From the IMG/VR virus record IMGVR_UViG_3300028832_000096: a DNA stretch of 64,000 nt. The stretch is one strand, 5' to 3'. Origin of the DNA: a virus (lineage: Duplodnaviria > Caudoviricetes). Each line of letters begins with the position of its first letter. Position 1 is the first letter of the stretch. Positions 1-10,390 of the stretch are shown piece after piece. Both the position numbers and the translations under genes were made by a program. A model generated the notes under the pieces. It saw only the letters and a list, made by a program, of their open reading frames with translations, ran no database searches and had not been told where the DNA came from.

Positions 1-371
1 AGGCTGATAAGATCTTTTGGACCTAATCTTAAGAACCCTAATGTTTGTTCATATTCATCAAGTTGAATTACATTTATCCTTATGTATTGAGCATAAGTAG
101 TAATGTTGAAGTAAATATTCATTTCATAGATATCTTCTTCGATACCATGAAATTCTTTTTCATATCGCTTCATTGCTTTTCTGACTTTTGGGTCAACTTG
201 ATATAATAATGTCGTATATATAATGTACTCATTAGGCGGTTCTTCTACTTTATATACACCTGTGAGGTTTTTTGCTAAAAATTTACCTAACCGCTTTACT
301 TGCGAAGGCAAAGGTAAGCGGTTATAGTATTCATCATTATTAGCAAATTTCTGTTTAGCAAAGATTTTCAC
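1..371 (-). CDS. Hypothetical protein (partial, runs off window start)
   Basis: Read manually: GTG at 371 preceded by GAGGT; open frame MKIFAKQKFANNDEYYNRLPLP... to window edge. Confidence 0.7.
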   Translation of the reverse strand, partial: MKIFAKQKFANNDEYYNRLPLPSQVKRLGKFLAKNLTGVYKVEEPPNEYIIYTTLLYQVDPKVRKAMKRYEKEFHGIEEDIYEMNIYFNITTYAQYIRINVIQLDEYEQTLGFLRLGPKDLIS

Positions 372-400
372 TTATTTTATACCTCTATATAAATATAAGT

Positions 401-1669
401 TTATTCACTTAAATCTTCCCAAGTACCTTGATTATCGTCATACTGGAAAACATGTGCTTCTTTAACCCACTGTCCTATATCTGCGTGATAACGCCATACA
501 TACTGTGAGCCATTTTCCCATCCAGGTTTGTTAGGGTCATATTTATGAGTAGGATAAGGTTTCCACTTAGCATAGATAGTAGTATCTACCGGTGTTTCTA
601 ATTGAGTAACTATAGGTTGTGTGCAAGCTGAATCGTAGAACCAACCTTTGAACATATAGCCGCTTCGAACAGGAACAGGCATCTCAGATACAAGCAGTGT
701 AGCGTTGCCATAAACTGCGTAAAGTGTTAAACCGGTATCAGTTACAATGTTATCTTGATTGTATCTGTAATCCGGAACAGTTGCAGAAGGGCTGGAGTTT
801 TCTGTATATCCTAATTTTTCTGCAGGTTTAGCAACAGATGCAGGATATGTAGGTATCAATGAACTATCACCATAATTATAAGTTATAGTAACATAATGTT
901 CATCAGGTTCTGCAATAGTCGAGCCCCACTGGAATGTTGCATTACCCCACTGAGCGTAGAAGGTTACATTACCTGCAGTATTATAGCTATCTCCAGGACT
1001 ATAAGACGTACCGGTATCATCAGCTTGTGTATTCCAGTGCAAAAATTCTCTAGGAGCGCTAAGATTAGTTGAACTACTTGCAGGTTTAGATGTGTAATAA
1101 GTATTTGCAATTTCAAATGTAGGACCCGCTGCAATGGTAAGCGGATGTATATTTGAAAATGATGCAGGACCAGGTAAGTTAGATACTGGAGCACCGTCAC
1201 TATTAGCATCATATGTAGCTGTATACGGTGTTTCATATGTAGGTATAGATAATGTTAAAGTCTTTATATGAGTGTAGGTGCCCGAAGCATTGAAGCAGTA
1301 TTTATTACTGTGCATGCAATTCTTCCTACTTTTTACATAGAATTTAACAGTGGTAGTACTACTTGTTGAAGTAAATGAACCTGTAGGATTATACGCGTTT
1401 AATTTACTCCAATTTTTATCATTAACTTCCTTGGATGCTATTTTCTGTTTAGAACCGTCATTTACTGCAATATAAGACCATATCTGATAACCATAATAGC
1501 TGTCAGAATGGGTTGTTTTGGAACCCGTAACTTTCCAAGATACTGTAGAACTTCCCTCATTTCGAGTGAATGTTATAGTAAATTTTGAAGTAATTGTAGG
1601 CGAGCTACTGCAATTTGCAATACCTGAACCATGTATCTTCTGGCTAACGCTGTGAGATATACTTGCCAT
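401..1669 (-). CDS. Virion-associated protein with InlB B-repeat (Flg_new)-like domains
   Basis: Motifs FLHWNTQADDTGTSY...TFYAQW and PVRSGYMFKGWFYD...TIYAKW typical of Listeria-Bacteroides repeats. Confidence 0.65.
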   Translation of the reverse strand: MASISHSVSQKIHGSGIANCSSSPTITSKFTITFTRNEGSSTVSWKVTGSKTTHSDSYYGYQIWSYIAVNDGSKQKIASKEVNDKNWSKLNAYNPTGSFTSTSSTTTVKFYVKSRKNCMHSNKYCFNASGTYTHIKTLTLSIPTYETPYTATYDANSDGAPVSNLPGPASFSNIHPLTIAAGPTFEIANTYYTSKPASSSTNLSAPREFLHWNTQADDTGTSYSPGDSYNTAGNVTFYAQWGNATFQWGSTIAEPDEHYVTITYNYGDSSLIPTYPASVAKPAEKLGYTENSSPSATVPDYRYNQDNIVTDTGLTLYAVYGNATLLVSEMPVPVRSGYMFKGWFYDSACTQPIVTQLETPVDTTIYAKWKPYPTHKYDPNKPGWENGSQYVWRYHADIGQWVKEAHVFQYDDNQGTWEDLSE

Positions 1670-1672
1670 TTA

Positions 1673-3754
1673 TTATTCCCAACCTATACCAATTGAACCA
1701 TCAGGGATAGGGCCTGTAGGTGCTGTTGAAGATATATACAATCTTAAACCGTTGTTAAACTCGATGAATTGAGTTCCTACCTTGACAGATGAACCTGCTT
1801 TAAATTTTGCTAAATTAGTATCATTTTCTGTACCATTCTTATCAGCAGTGATTTCGATATCATACGGAGAAGCTCCGCCGCTACGAACAACTACTTTATT
1901 AGAAGCAACACCTGTCAATGTGTTGTCAATTGTTCCCTCATCAAGTTTATTGATACCGATAGTATTGTTAGATTGAAGTTCTCTACCTACATTGTGAAGT
2001 TTTGTTCCAAGAACATCTATCTTCTTTCCTTCGTATAATGCTTGTAATAAATCGCTCCAAGCAATATTTTCTGCAGGGCCTTTAACAATAACATTAGGAG
2101 AAGAACCTGTTAAATCATAGGAAGTACCTGTGGTATCTGATAAAGCTACGAAGTTTGCAGATACACTACCTACTGTCAATCTTGCTTGAGCATTACCTGT
2201 AGGAGCGCTTCCTAAATATGTTAAAACTGCAGTACTTGACCAGTTATTTACGTTGTTGTCTCCGCCTTTAACAAAAGCGAAAGTATTAGTTGATGTGTTA
2301 TTGTAAATAGCAAAGTTATTAGGCATCTGCGTTTTGTAATTGTATGCCTCTGTACTATTTGTAAATCCTTTAACCGTTCCAGGAGCTGCTGTATCTAATG
2401 GAATAAGTGTGTTAGGACCAGATGCTGTAACTTTCGCAGCATAGAGGGCAGGAGGGAAGAAGTTAGCATTACTAGGTTCAGATTGACTTGCTTCGTTTTG
2501 AATCTGTGCAGCAGTCATTCCAGGATACCAAGCAACAAGTGTATTAGAACTATCACTGCTACCTAATGTAACTTCACTTACAGATATAGGAAGTGTTGAA
2601 GACGAATAGTGCTGCTTGTAGTAGTCATCAAGGTCAATAGAGTTAAAATCAATAATAGAATTAGCCCTTACTTTGCTATCTTTAACTTTATAAATGCTTA
2701 TACCGTCAATTTCGTATGAAGGGTCTGTACCTTCATATGCTATATCTGAAGGAAGTGTCCTCTTTAAAGACGTGATTAAACTGTATGCAGAACTAGGAAC
2801 ACTAAATACAATTTTGCTTGCCCACGGAATAATTTCGGGTCCAAGCATACCACCATCTGCCCACTCGTTGTGCTCAATATCAGTAGAGCCGCCAAAGCTG
2901 TAGCCCTCGCTAGTTTCTGTAGCAAAACCGGAAAGACTTTGGAGAATGCGCTTATTAGTAAATCCTGTAAGGAGAATTAAAACGTCATTAGTAAGTGTAG
3001 CGGTAACGTACAATCTTACTACTGTAGACGAATTATTGAAATTTGGGTCAATATCTTTCTCCGGATTACCAGGTGCATCATATCTATATGTTACAACGAT
3101 ATTGGTTCCAGATTCAGGTGCTTCATCAAACACAATAGAATGTGTAGCTTCTTCATATGTATAATCTGTTGTACTTGTTTCATCTTCGTATACAGAAATG
3201 ATTTCAAGAGCATCATATTGCAATACAAAGGTTGTTTGTTCACCAGTACCTGTAAACGGTTGAGAATTAGTTTCTGCTCTTGCTATCCAATTAGCTTCTG
3301 AAGTATAAACAATACCTTCGGGAATTTTAAGGAACTCCGCTAATGAATTTCTGTAATCTGTATAGTCAGCAATAGTATCTACCTGAGGAGGTACATCAGT
3401 ATTACTAGGAGACGCATCACCATCATTCTGAATAAGCGGACCATAAGAAATAACCTTATTAGCCCAAGTATTTGTTTCATCCCAACTGCAAGTTCCTATA
3501 AATGGATTAGCAACAATTAAACCTGCGGCAGACAGATTTGAGCCTTGAGGAAGCGGAAAATCTTTAATACCTGCGGCAGTACCTTGAGGAACTCTAAGTA
3601 TCATAGAAGCACCTGAGCCTATCATAGACGCAAGCCACTTGTTTTCATCAGGAATTTCGTTTTCAGGTACTCCATTGCCTAAAGAGTTACGCAGGAATAT
3701 CTCCCATGCAGATAAACCAACAACTCTACCTTCATTATAAATTTCTTGTGGCAT
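1673..3754 (-). CDS. Putative tail/baseplate structural protein
   Basis: 693 aa, Ser/Thr/Gly rich; FTGTGEQTTF...FDEAPESG module shared with next gene; C-terminal ISSTAPTGPIPDGSIGIGW tail-fibre-like end. Confidence 0.55.
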   Translation of the reverse strand: MPQEIYNEGRVVGLSAWEIFLRNSLGNGVPENEIPDENKWLASMIGSGASMILRVPQGTAAGIKDFPLPQGSNLSAAGLIVANPFIGTCSWDETNTWANKVISYGPLIQNDGDASPSNTDVPPQVDTIADYTDYRNSLAEFLKIPEGIVYTSEANWIARAETNSQPFTGTGEQTTFVLQYDALEIISVYEDETSTTDYTYEEATHSIVFDEAPESGTNIVVTYRYDAPGNPEKDIDPNFNNSSTVVRLYVTATLTNDVLILLTGFTNKRILQSLSGFATETSEGYSFGGSTDIEHNEWADGGMLGPEIIPWASKIVFSVPSSAYSLITSLKRTLPSDIAYEGTDPSYEIDGISIYKVKDSKVRANSIIDFNSIDLDDYYKQHYSSSTLPISVSEVTLGSSDSSNTLVAWYPGMTAAQIQNEASQSEPSNANFFPPALYAAKVTASGPNTLIPLDTAAPGTVKGFTNSTEAYNYKTQMPNNFAIYNNTSTNTFAFVKGGDNNVNNWSSTAVLTYLGSAPTGNAQARLTVGSVSANFVALSDTTGTSYDLTGSSPNVIVKGPAENIAWSDLLQALYEGKKIDVLGTKLHNVGRELQSNNTIGINKLDEGTIDNTLTGVASNKVVVRSGGASPYDIEITADKNGTENDTNLAKFKAGSSVKVGTQFIEFNNGLRLYISSTAPTGPIPDGSIGIGWE

Positions 3755-3767
3755 TTATCTATTCTCC

Positions 3768-5855
3768 TTAAGTATTCTGAATAAGATATTTAATTGCATC
3801 TATTACAGTAGTTGCTGTCCATTTAGTTTCGTCAAAATCACCTGTAGTTGCAGAAGTACATCTGTATAACTTCATTTCATCTACTGCATCCGATGTACAG
3901 AAAGAACCAACTACATAACTTGTAGACGTATCATATGGTTCAGCAATGTACTTACTGTCAATCATAGAATCTAAATCAGCGTAGATGCCGGACAACTGCC
4001 CATTTACATAAGTAGATGTATAATCAACAACTGCATCATTAGTAGGTAATGCATCTGGATTATACGCAGTGTTTGCATGCATGTATGTAATCTCAATAGA
4101 GTCTCCAGCACTCGGAGCTGTATTGAATATAATTGCATCGTCATCAGCATTAAGTGAGTAGTCTGTATCAGGAATATCTACATCATTTACTGTAACTGAA
4201 ATAATGTTAGTTGCAGCATAATTCAAATCAAATGTTGTAGTTGTACCATCACCTTCGGCAGTTACTGTATCTTGAACATCTCCAGGTTCAATAGAAGCTG
4301 CAGTAGTTGAACCACAGGCATTACCTACAGGATAAGATACACCATTGACTAAGAATGATTTATTAGACAATGTTTGGGAATCAGCTAAGTTAACAACTTC
4401 TCCACCATTACTAAATATTTTGTGATTCTGAATATATACAGAAGAATCTGAATATGTTTGTACGCCTGCGCTATCTTGTGTAGCTGCAGCTACAAGATAA
4501 AGCGAAGTAGCGGCACCAGAATATGTACCGGAACCTGCAGTATTGAGAGTATCGACAGCAGCTGTCCAAGTACCGTCGCCTCTTAAGTAATAACCAGTCT
4601 GTGCATTTGTAGGCTTAGGAACAAGACCATTGCTTGATGTACTAAATGGACCTACCCAAGTACCGTCGCCTTTCAATACTTTATCAGCACTTGCCCCTGA
4701 TGCAGGAACAAGGCCATTTACAAGAGTGCCCCCAGTACCATATACAGGAATTGTTGCCCAACTAGCATCACCCCTTAAAAATTTAAGTAAAGGGTCAACT
4801 GTAGATAATTGCGGAGCTAAACCGGGTGCTGTAGTCGAAACTACAGTATATGCAGGAAGTGGAATAGGATTTCTAGTATTACCATTACCTAAAACTAATA
4901 ATAACTCATTAGTTGTATCATTAAATGAAGCATTTACAACATAGTTGTCATCAATTGTAAGGTTATTTCTATCAGCGATTGCTTTTTGGGCTAACGGAAT
5001 TGTAAAATTGCTAGCCTGTATCCAACCAGTACCTGACAACAAGAGTCCAGTGTTGTCCGAAGGTGTCGTAGTATTTGTTCCAGGAACTAATCCAGCAACA
5101 TTTGAAGTGTATACTTGATATTCTGTATTATTAGCTTTTATTGTATTAGAACTTCCATCGCCTTTGGTAAATGTAATAAGTGTACAATTATCAGAAATGT
5201 CAGTAGAACCAGATGCACTGAAGATATAACTTGTTGTAGCTTCACCAGGCTGCTGAGTAACAGGATTATAACTGTACCTTGCGTAATCTGATAACCCAGC
5301 ACTAGTAGCAGTATTTGCGCTACCTGCGGTATCTGCTTTACCTTCAAGATTTGCATGAATCTTTTTAGACGGTGTAATGTAAATATCATCAGAAAGTTTG
5401 ATTAAGGTTCCATGTTCATCATCCGCAGATGTAGAGGCAACTAAATAAGCCCTATCTTGGAGCGCAGTTACTTTCTCTGTAAATACTTGTACATCATGGA
5501 AGTTATTGAAGATTTCGTAGTAACCGGCATTAGCGTCCCAGCAATAACCATTGTATAGATTAACTGTTCCGCCTTCACCATCAGGTATTTCAACCGGATT
5601 ACCTTCGCCATCTAATGCTTTAACTACAAAGATTGTAGTAGGTTCTCCTGGATGCTCTAAATCTACTACAGGTAAACTTGCTACAAACCTAATGCTACTT
5701 GCATGTCTGCGAACTAATTCACCAGATTCTGTAGGTAAATCATAATAGAACCCATCAGTATCATAGGTTGCAACTATATTACCGGCCTTAATAGGAATTG
5801 TATCTAATTCGTCATATGAAACGAAGTAATATTTTCTGGGATAACTTGCATCCAT
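3768..5855 (-). CDS. Putative tail fibre protein
   Basis: Repeated GLVP...(F/Y)LRGDG(T/S)W fibre motifs; C-terminal YDTSTSYVVG...LYRC carbohydrate-binding-like module. Confidence 0.7.
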   Translation of the reverse strand: MDASYPRKYYFVSYDELDTIPIKAGNIVATYDTDGFYYDLPTESGELVRRHASSIRFVASLPVVDLEHPGEPTTIFVVKALDGEGNPVEIPDGEGGTVNLYNGYCWDANAGYYEIFNNFHDVQVFTEKVTALQDRAYLVASTSADDEHGTLIKLSDDIYITPSKKIHANLEGKADTAGSANTATSAGLSDYARYSYNPVTQQPGEATTSYIFSASGSTDISDNCTLITFTKGDGSSNTIKANNTEYQVYTSNVAGLVPGTNTTTPSDNTGLLLSGTGWIQASNFTIPLAQKAIADRNNLTIDDNYVVNASFNDTTNELLLVLGNGNTRNPIPLPAYTVVSTTAPGLAPQLSTVDPLLKFLRGDASWATIPVYGTGGTLVNGLVPASGASADKVLKGDGTWVGPFSTSSNGLVPKPTNAQTGYYLRGDGTWTAAVDTLNTAGSGTYSGAATSLYLVAAATQDSAGVQTYSDSSVYIQNHKIFSNGGEVVNLADSQTLSNKSFLVNGVSYPVGNACGSTTAASIEPGDVQDTVTAEGDGTTTTFDLNYAATNIISVTVNDVDIPDTDYSLNADDDAIIFNTAPSAGDSIEITYMHANTAYNPDALPTNDAVVDYTSTYVNGQLSGIYADLDSMIDSKYIAEPYDTSTSYVVGSFCTSDAVDEMKLYRCTSATTGDFDETKWTATTVIDAIKYLIQNT

Positions 5856-5883
5856 TTGTGTACCTCACAATTATCCTTTACAT

Positions 5884-5918
5884 AAAATTATGTAGTGATA
5901 GTAATACCACTACATAAT
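5884..5918 (-). terminator. Intrinsic terminator hairpin after the amidase operon
   Basis: 11-bp inverted repeat ATTATGTAGTG/CACTACATAAT followed by T-tract on minus strand. Confidence 0.6.
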
Positions 5919-5923
5919 AATTA

Positions 5924-5929
5924 AAGGTT
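5924..5929 (-). promoter_or_regulatory. Putative late promoter motif AACCTT (first of 11 intergenic copies)
   Basis: AACCTT plus AT-rich tract at 5924, 8264, 13527, 19525, 26785, 30988, 33344, 41857, 42837, 44886, 50128, each upstream of a gene or structured RNA. Confidence 0.6.
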
Positions 5930-5953
5930 AGTGAAGTTGTGTGTTAGCTGTTA

Positions 5954-6184
5954 TCAATCTTTAAACTTCGGAATATGATTCGCAGCTTCAATCGCTTCAA
6001 TTCTTCTTTTTAACATTCCGTTTTCTTTAGATAGCTCTGCGTTATCTTTTATGATTTTCTCATTGTTTTCCTCTGCATCATAAAGTTGGTCTTTTAAGTT
6101 GCAAATTTCATGGAAATTGATTAAACGCATAACAAGTGCGCCTATTGCTATTCCAAGTATGCCCATCAGTAATTTAATTCCCAT
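5954..6184 (-). CDS. Small membrane-anchored coiled-coil protein
   Basis: N-terminal hydrophobic helix then heptad-like region; AAGGAGG RBS. Confidence 0.65.
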   Translation of the reverse strand: MGIKLLMGILGIAIGALVMRLINFHEICNLKDQLYDAEENNEKIIKDNAELSKENGMLKRRIEAIEAANHIPKFKD

Positions 6185-6196
6185 AAAACACCTCCT

Positions 6197-7684
6197 TTAC
6201 AAATTAGAATTTGGGATAGTATACATATAATCCCAAGGCATTGCATATTCAATCTGTCGTGCTATCGCAAATACTCTATCATCTTTATATCTAGGAGCGA
6301 TTACTTGCATACCGATAGGCAGTTTTTCATTAGACATACCGATAGGAACTGACGCTGCTGGAAATCCAATCATATTCTCTAAATAAGTATAAGCAAAGCC
6401 AATGAGCGGGTCTATAGCAACTCCATTTATGTTATCAGGGCCTTTTGTATTGTTGTTTGTTCCATTTTTAGGATTCAAGCAACCTGCTATCGGTGAAATG
6501 ATAATATCATAATCCTCAAATATATTACAATGAGCATCTAAAATATCTGTTCTGATTTCATGGAACTTTCTATAATCCATCATTGTAGATGCAAAAGCAA
6601 TACTATCCCAGTAAATGAATTCTTCTGGAAGGTCATCTGCATGTTCTCCAATTAAGTCGAAACCGTTACGCTTTGCTAACGCGTTGTCGATAGATGAATC
6701 TACGCTAATTCCTCTTAACCAGGCCTCTTCCATTTCTCTAGGAGTGTAATGGAAATCAAAATGAACTTCCTCTACAATGTTCCCAAAATTTTTGAGCACC
6801 TCTATTGTTTTAACAAACTCTGCTTCAATTACAGGGTCAGGATGAGGGAAGATATCAAAATTATATGTGTAACCTATACGGTAGTGCTTATCACGGAGCA
6901 TCTTGTTTTTATCTAGTATATTATCAACCAAATGCTCAGGAGTGATTACACTAATCGGGTCTCTAGGGTCATGCTTTATCATTTCGGCAAGTACTGTTGC
7001 AGAATCGTCTACTGTTCTAGTTATCGGTCCACCACAACAATAGGGGTGTGTAGCTGTCCAAGCATCGGGTCTGCATACACTAGGAACAAGTCCCGCAGAA
7101 GGTTTATGGCCGAAGCAACCGCACCAAGCAGAAGGAATTCTAATAGAACCACCAGCATCTCCACCTTCAGCAATAGCCATCATTCCAGAACCTACAGCAG
7201 AAGCACTGCCACCAGAACTTCCACCAGAATTATATTCTGTGTTAAACGGAGTAGATGTAGGACCATACATTTTATTATCTGTGGTTCCTCTGAAACCAAA
7301 AGCAGGAGCATTTGTTTTACCTATTACTATTGCACCAAGATTCTCCATTGCTTTGCAGATTTCTGAATCATAAGCATCTACAGCTATAAGAGATTTAACT
7401 CCTCCATGTGAATTTGTCCAACCTTCTTTACTAGGTAAGAAATCTTTGAGTCCAACAGGAACTCCGGCTAAAGGACCTACATAGATTCCTTTTTCCAGTT
7501 TATCTTCAATCTTCTTTGCCGCTAATCTAGCTTCATTAAATTTAGTATATACAATCGCATTAACTTTAGGATTAATCCGATTAATCCTTGCTTCATATTG
7601 GTCAAGAATTTCTGTAGGAGTTATCTCCTTATTGTTGACCATATTTCCTAATTCTAATGCTGAGCAATAAAAAATATCCTTCAT
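6197..7684 (-). CDS. Amidase signature family enzyme
   Basis: GLKD, GGSSGGS and GGSIRIPS motifs (Lys-Ser-Ser triad); start reassigned to ATG 7684 with AAGGAG RBS. Confidence 0.9.
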   Translation of the reverse strand: MKDIFYCSALELGNMVNNKEITPTEILDQYEARINRINPKVNAIVYTKFNEARLAAKKIEDKLEKGIYVGPLAGVPVGLKDFLPSKEGWTNSHGGVKSLIAVDAYDSEICKAMENLGAIVIGKTNAPAFGFRGTTDNKMYGPTSTPFNTEYNSGGSSGGSASAVGSGMMAIAEGGDAGGSIRIPSAWCGCFGHKPSAGLVPSVCRPDAWTATHPYCCGGPITRTVDDSATVLAEMIKHDPRDPISVITPEHLVDNILDKNKMLRDKHYRIGYTYNFDIFPHPDPVIEAEFVKTIEVLKNFGNIVEEVHFDFHYTPREMEEAWLRGISVDSSIDNALAKRNGFDLIGEHADDLPEEFIYWDSIAFASTMMDYRKFHEIRTDILDAHCNIFEDYDIIISPIAGCLNPKNGTNNNTKGPDNINGVAIDPLIGFAYTYLENMIGFPAASVPIGMSNEKLPIGMQVIAPRYKDDRVFAIARQIEYAMPWDYMYTIPNSNL

Positions 7685-7737
7685 TATGTTCTCCTTAAAT
7701 GAAATATAAAAGAGTGGGCAGTATATGTCCACTCTTT

Positions 7738-7746
7738 ATAACGATT
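7738..7746 (-). promoter_or_regulatory. Putative early/middle promoter motif AATCGTTAT (first of 11 copies)
   Basis: Exact 9-mer at 7738, 11974, 12885, 33225, 41059, 41815, 42794, 45862, 50146, 51954, 57681, at gene boundaries in one orientation. Confidence 0.75.
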
Positions 7747-7762
7747 TTTATTTTAGTAAATG

Positions 7763-8224
7763 TTACAGCGTTCCTTTGTAAGCAAGATAGCATTCTGCAT
7801 CATATTCATCTAAATCATATGTATCTACATCTGGACCATATGCATCGTAGAGCTCCTTGCCGTAGCGAATCATTGCTTCTGGTGACCAATCTTCGTCGTC
7901 CCATTCGTCATCATAAAAGTAATTTCTTCCGATTCGGATTACGTCATCAGTTACATCGCATAACTCGTTGCCGACCACAAGACCTAAGAATTCATCATCA
8001 TTGAGTAATGAAATGATGTGATAAAGTTCACCATAACCTTCATCTGTAAATGAGCCTGGCTCGTCTGCATATCTTGTCTGATAGACACGCCATACCTGAT
8101 AATCCTCATATCCAGGAGGAAGTAACTGTGCAGTTAACTCTTCAGAATCATATGTTCCAAAACTAGAGGTAATATCTTTATAACACCTCTTTATAATTTT
8201 CTCCATTTTTTCTTGTCTGTCCAT
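7763..8224 (-). CDS. Acidic hypothetical protein
   Basis: Start moved to ATG 8224 (GAGG RBS, no overlap with folE); preceded by AACCTT motif. Confidence 0.65.
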   Translation of the reverse strand: MDRQEKMEKIIKRCYKDITSSFGTYDSEELTAQLLPPGYEDYQVWRVYQTRYADEPGSFTDEGYGELYHIISLLNDDEFLGLVVGNELCDVTDDVIRIGRNYFYDDEWDDEDWSPEAMIRYGKELYDAYGPDVDTYDLDEYDAECYLAYKGTL

Positions 8225-8267
8225 AAGTAATTCCTCTGATAATTTAGAATATCGTAATAAATTAAGG

Positions 8268-8894
8268 TTATCGAACAGATGATAAATGGAGCTCTTGTAC
8301 CTTGCCTTCAATCTCTTTACGTGCATCTGAGTCTTTGCGCAGCGCTGGTGATATGAAGGTTGCATCAGTTAATCCTTCGGACCTAGAACCTCTAGCACTT
8401 ACACAGCAATGATTCATTACAGAACGAACATAAACTCGGTTTGAACCTGTAGCTAACTGGATACATTTTGCAATATCTGCGTTAAGTTTTTCTTGAAGCT
8501 GAAATCTTTTAGCGCACATATCAACTATTCTAGGTATCTTGCTAAGTCCAATAACTCTATAACCTTCAGAATCATCTTTCCGATTCCAATATTCAGGAAT
8601 GTAAGCAACATAAACAGTTCCACTCATACTAGCCATATGGTGTTCGCAATGACTATAAACATTTTTTACTTCCTTAATTACAATTGAATCGTAACTTACA
8701 TTGAAATCTTTTCTAAACATTTTTGCGATTTCATCGTTAGTATAATCTTCGCCTTCAAGAAGTTCAGCCCAATACTTCGCTACTCGCTTAGGAGTTTCTT
8801 TGAGCCCTTCCCTTTCTACATCTTCACCCAAAGCAATAAGGAGATTTTTAACTGCCTCCTCTACCTTAGGCATATCAAGATTCTTATAACTCAT
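8268..8894 (-). CDS. folE: GTP cyclohydrolase I
   Basis: REGLKETPKRVAK, HCEHH, IGLSKIPR, LQE and CVSARG motifs; start at MSYKN. Confidence 0.92.
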   Translation of the reverse strand: MSYKNLDMPKVEEAVKNLLIALGEDVEREGLKETPKRVAKYWAELLEGEDYTNDEIAKMFRKDFNVSYDSIVIKEVKNVYSHCEHHMASMSGTVYVAYIPEYWNRKDDSEGYRVIGLSKIPRIVDMCAKRFQLQEKLNADIAKCIQLATGSNRVYVRSVMNHCCVSARGSRSEGLTDATFISPALRKDSDARKEIEGKVQELHLSSVR

Positions 8895-8895
8895 G

Positions 8896-9273
8896 TTATG
8901 CCTCCCAAGGATAAACAATCCATTTATTTTCTTTATATCGCATGAAGTAATCAGGAACTACGCAACTTGCTGTATTGTAATACATAGATGCAATCTTATA
9001 ACCTTTATTAGCCCAAGCTTTCGCAGTATCACCAGTGTCAATGATATCATCTACAACTAAACAGCCTTTCTGTGGAGCACCTAAGAAAGGCAAATTGTAC
9101 TTGTGAGATATAATAACTGCAAAGATTAATCCACCTCTAGGCGGACCATATACGCCTGTAAAGTTAGAACTAGAAATAAGAGGTTCTAGTAATGTGATAA
9201 AGGCATCGACATCATCCCAAGTTACTTTAACCTTTTCGACTGTCATATCACGCAAATCTCTTTCGTTTTCCAT
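8896..9273 (-). CDS. Type I phosphoribosyltransferase (xanthine/guanine PRTase-like)
   Basis: PRGG loop, PRPP-binding LVVDDIIDTGDT, C-terminal WIVYPWE. Confidence 0.85.
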   Translation of the reverse strand: MENERDLRDMTVEKVKVTWDDVDAFITLLEPLISSSNFTGVYGPPRGGLIFAVIISHKYNLPFLGAPQKGCLVVDDIIDTGDTAKAWANKGYKIASMYYNTASCVVPDYFMRYKENKWIVYPWEA

Positions 9274-9275
9274 GA

Positions 9276-10022
9276 TTAAACTCCTTGTTTATTACCCCAG
9301 ACTAATGTATGAATCTGAGGTAATATGTAAACATTTTCAAAATTGCTAGGGAATTGATTAATTCTATTTAACAATTCTTCATAATCAGATAAAACTCTAT
9401 CGCGAATAGATTCTTTAGTATCTACATCTGAATTACCTACGCTAAGATATAATCTAAGATTGATATTGTTATCTCTTTTATTTGTAAATTCATTTACGAA
9501 ATTTGCATAGTTTCTTGCAAATGTTATATCCTCTGCATTAAATACCGGAATCTTAATAGCAATAGTACGATTACTTTGATTATTGTTATTAATAAATTCT
9601 GTAATAGTATCATAAGTATCTAGCATACCGCTCGAAGGCGCTTTAGGACTAAATACTATTGTATCAATCATAGTTAACCAATCAGGAATTAAATCTCCTT
9701 GTGTTTCTATATCAACTAATATACCAAATGCCTTTAATTTGAATAATACATAAGTGAAATCATATAAACAGGGATTGCCTCCTGTAAGTACTATATGTTT
9801 ACAATTATCAGTAAGGCATTTATGAATAAGCAGCTGTGCAAGCGTTTCGGGTTCATATTGAATTACTTCACTTGCATTTCCATTCCAAGTATATTTACTA
9901 TCACACCAAGAACATTTAAAGCTACATCCCTTTACACGGACAAAGATGCATCTTGCACCTACATTAGGCCCCTCGCCTTGCAACGTAGGGCCAAATATCT
10001 CTACAATAGGAATTTTGCTCAT
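9276..10022 (-). CDS. queE: 7-carboxy-7-deazaguanine synthase (radical SAM)
   Basis: EIFGPTLQGEG, CxxxCxxCD (CSFKCSWCDS), TGGNP, LPQIH. Confidence 0.93.
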   Translation of the reverse strand: MSKIPIVEIFGPTLQGEGPNVGARCIFVRVKGCSFKCSWCDSKYTWNGNASEVIQYEPETLAQLLIHKCLTDNCKHIVLTGGNPCLYDFTYVLFKLKAFGILVDIETQGDLIPDWLTMIDTIVFSPKAPSSGMLDTYDTITEFINNNNQSNRTIAIKIPVFNAEDITFARNYANFVNEFTNKRDNNINLRLYLSVGNSDVDTKESIRDRVLSDYEELLNRINQFPSNFENVYILPQIHTLVWGNKQGV

Positions 10023-10387
10023 CAGTCCGGCTTCCTTTCATATGTAGCTATGTTTCCTTCGCTTTCCTGAACATCTACTCTACAACAATATCCTACATCG
10101 CAAAGTTCGTCTACTTTATCGCAAATCCACTTAGCAATATTTTCTGCAGTAGGGTTGATACCTGGAAGCAAATCATTAAGATATCCATGGTCTAAGAATC
10201 CATGAATTTCTTTCTTAACTTTTGCAAAGTCAACAATCATTCCATATTCTGTAAGCTTGTCAGCTTCGCAGTAAACTGTTATATACCAGTTATGACCATG
10301 AAGGCCTTGGCACTTTGATTCATAAGGCAGTGAAAGCTGATGACTGCCTGCAATTTCCATACGCTTGCTAATTCTCCATCTTTCCAT
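10022..10387 (-). CDS. queD: 6-carboxytetrahydropterin synthase
   Basis: CQGLHGHN, MIVDF, LDH, PTAENIA, ESE motifs. Confidence 0.93.
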   Translation of the reverse strand: MERWRISKRMEIAGSHQLSLPYESKCQGLHGHNWYITVYCEADKLTEYGMIVDFAKVKKEIHGFLDHGYLNDLLPGINPTAENIAKWICDKVDELCDVGYCCRVDVQESEGNIATYERKPD

Positions 10388-10390
10388 GGA

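Noticed and set aside
6197-7684. Calling the amidase gatA
   Set aside because: No gatB/gatC nearby; only family-level motifs are supported
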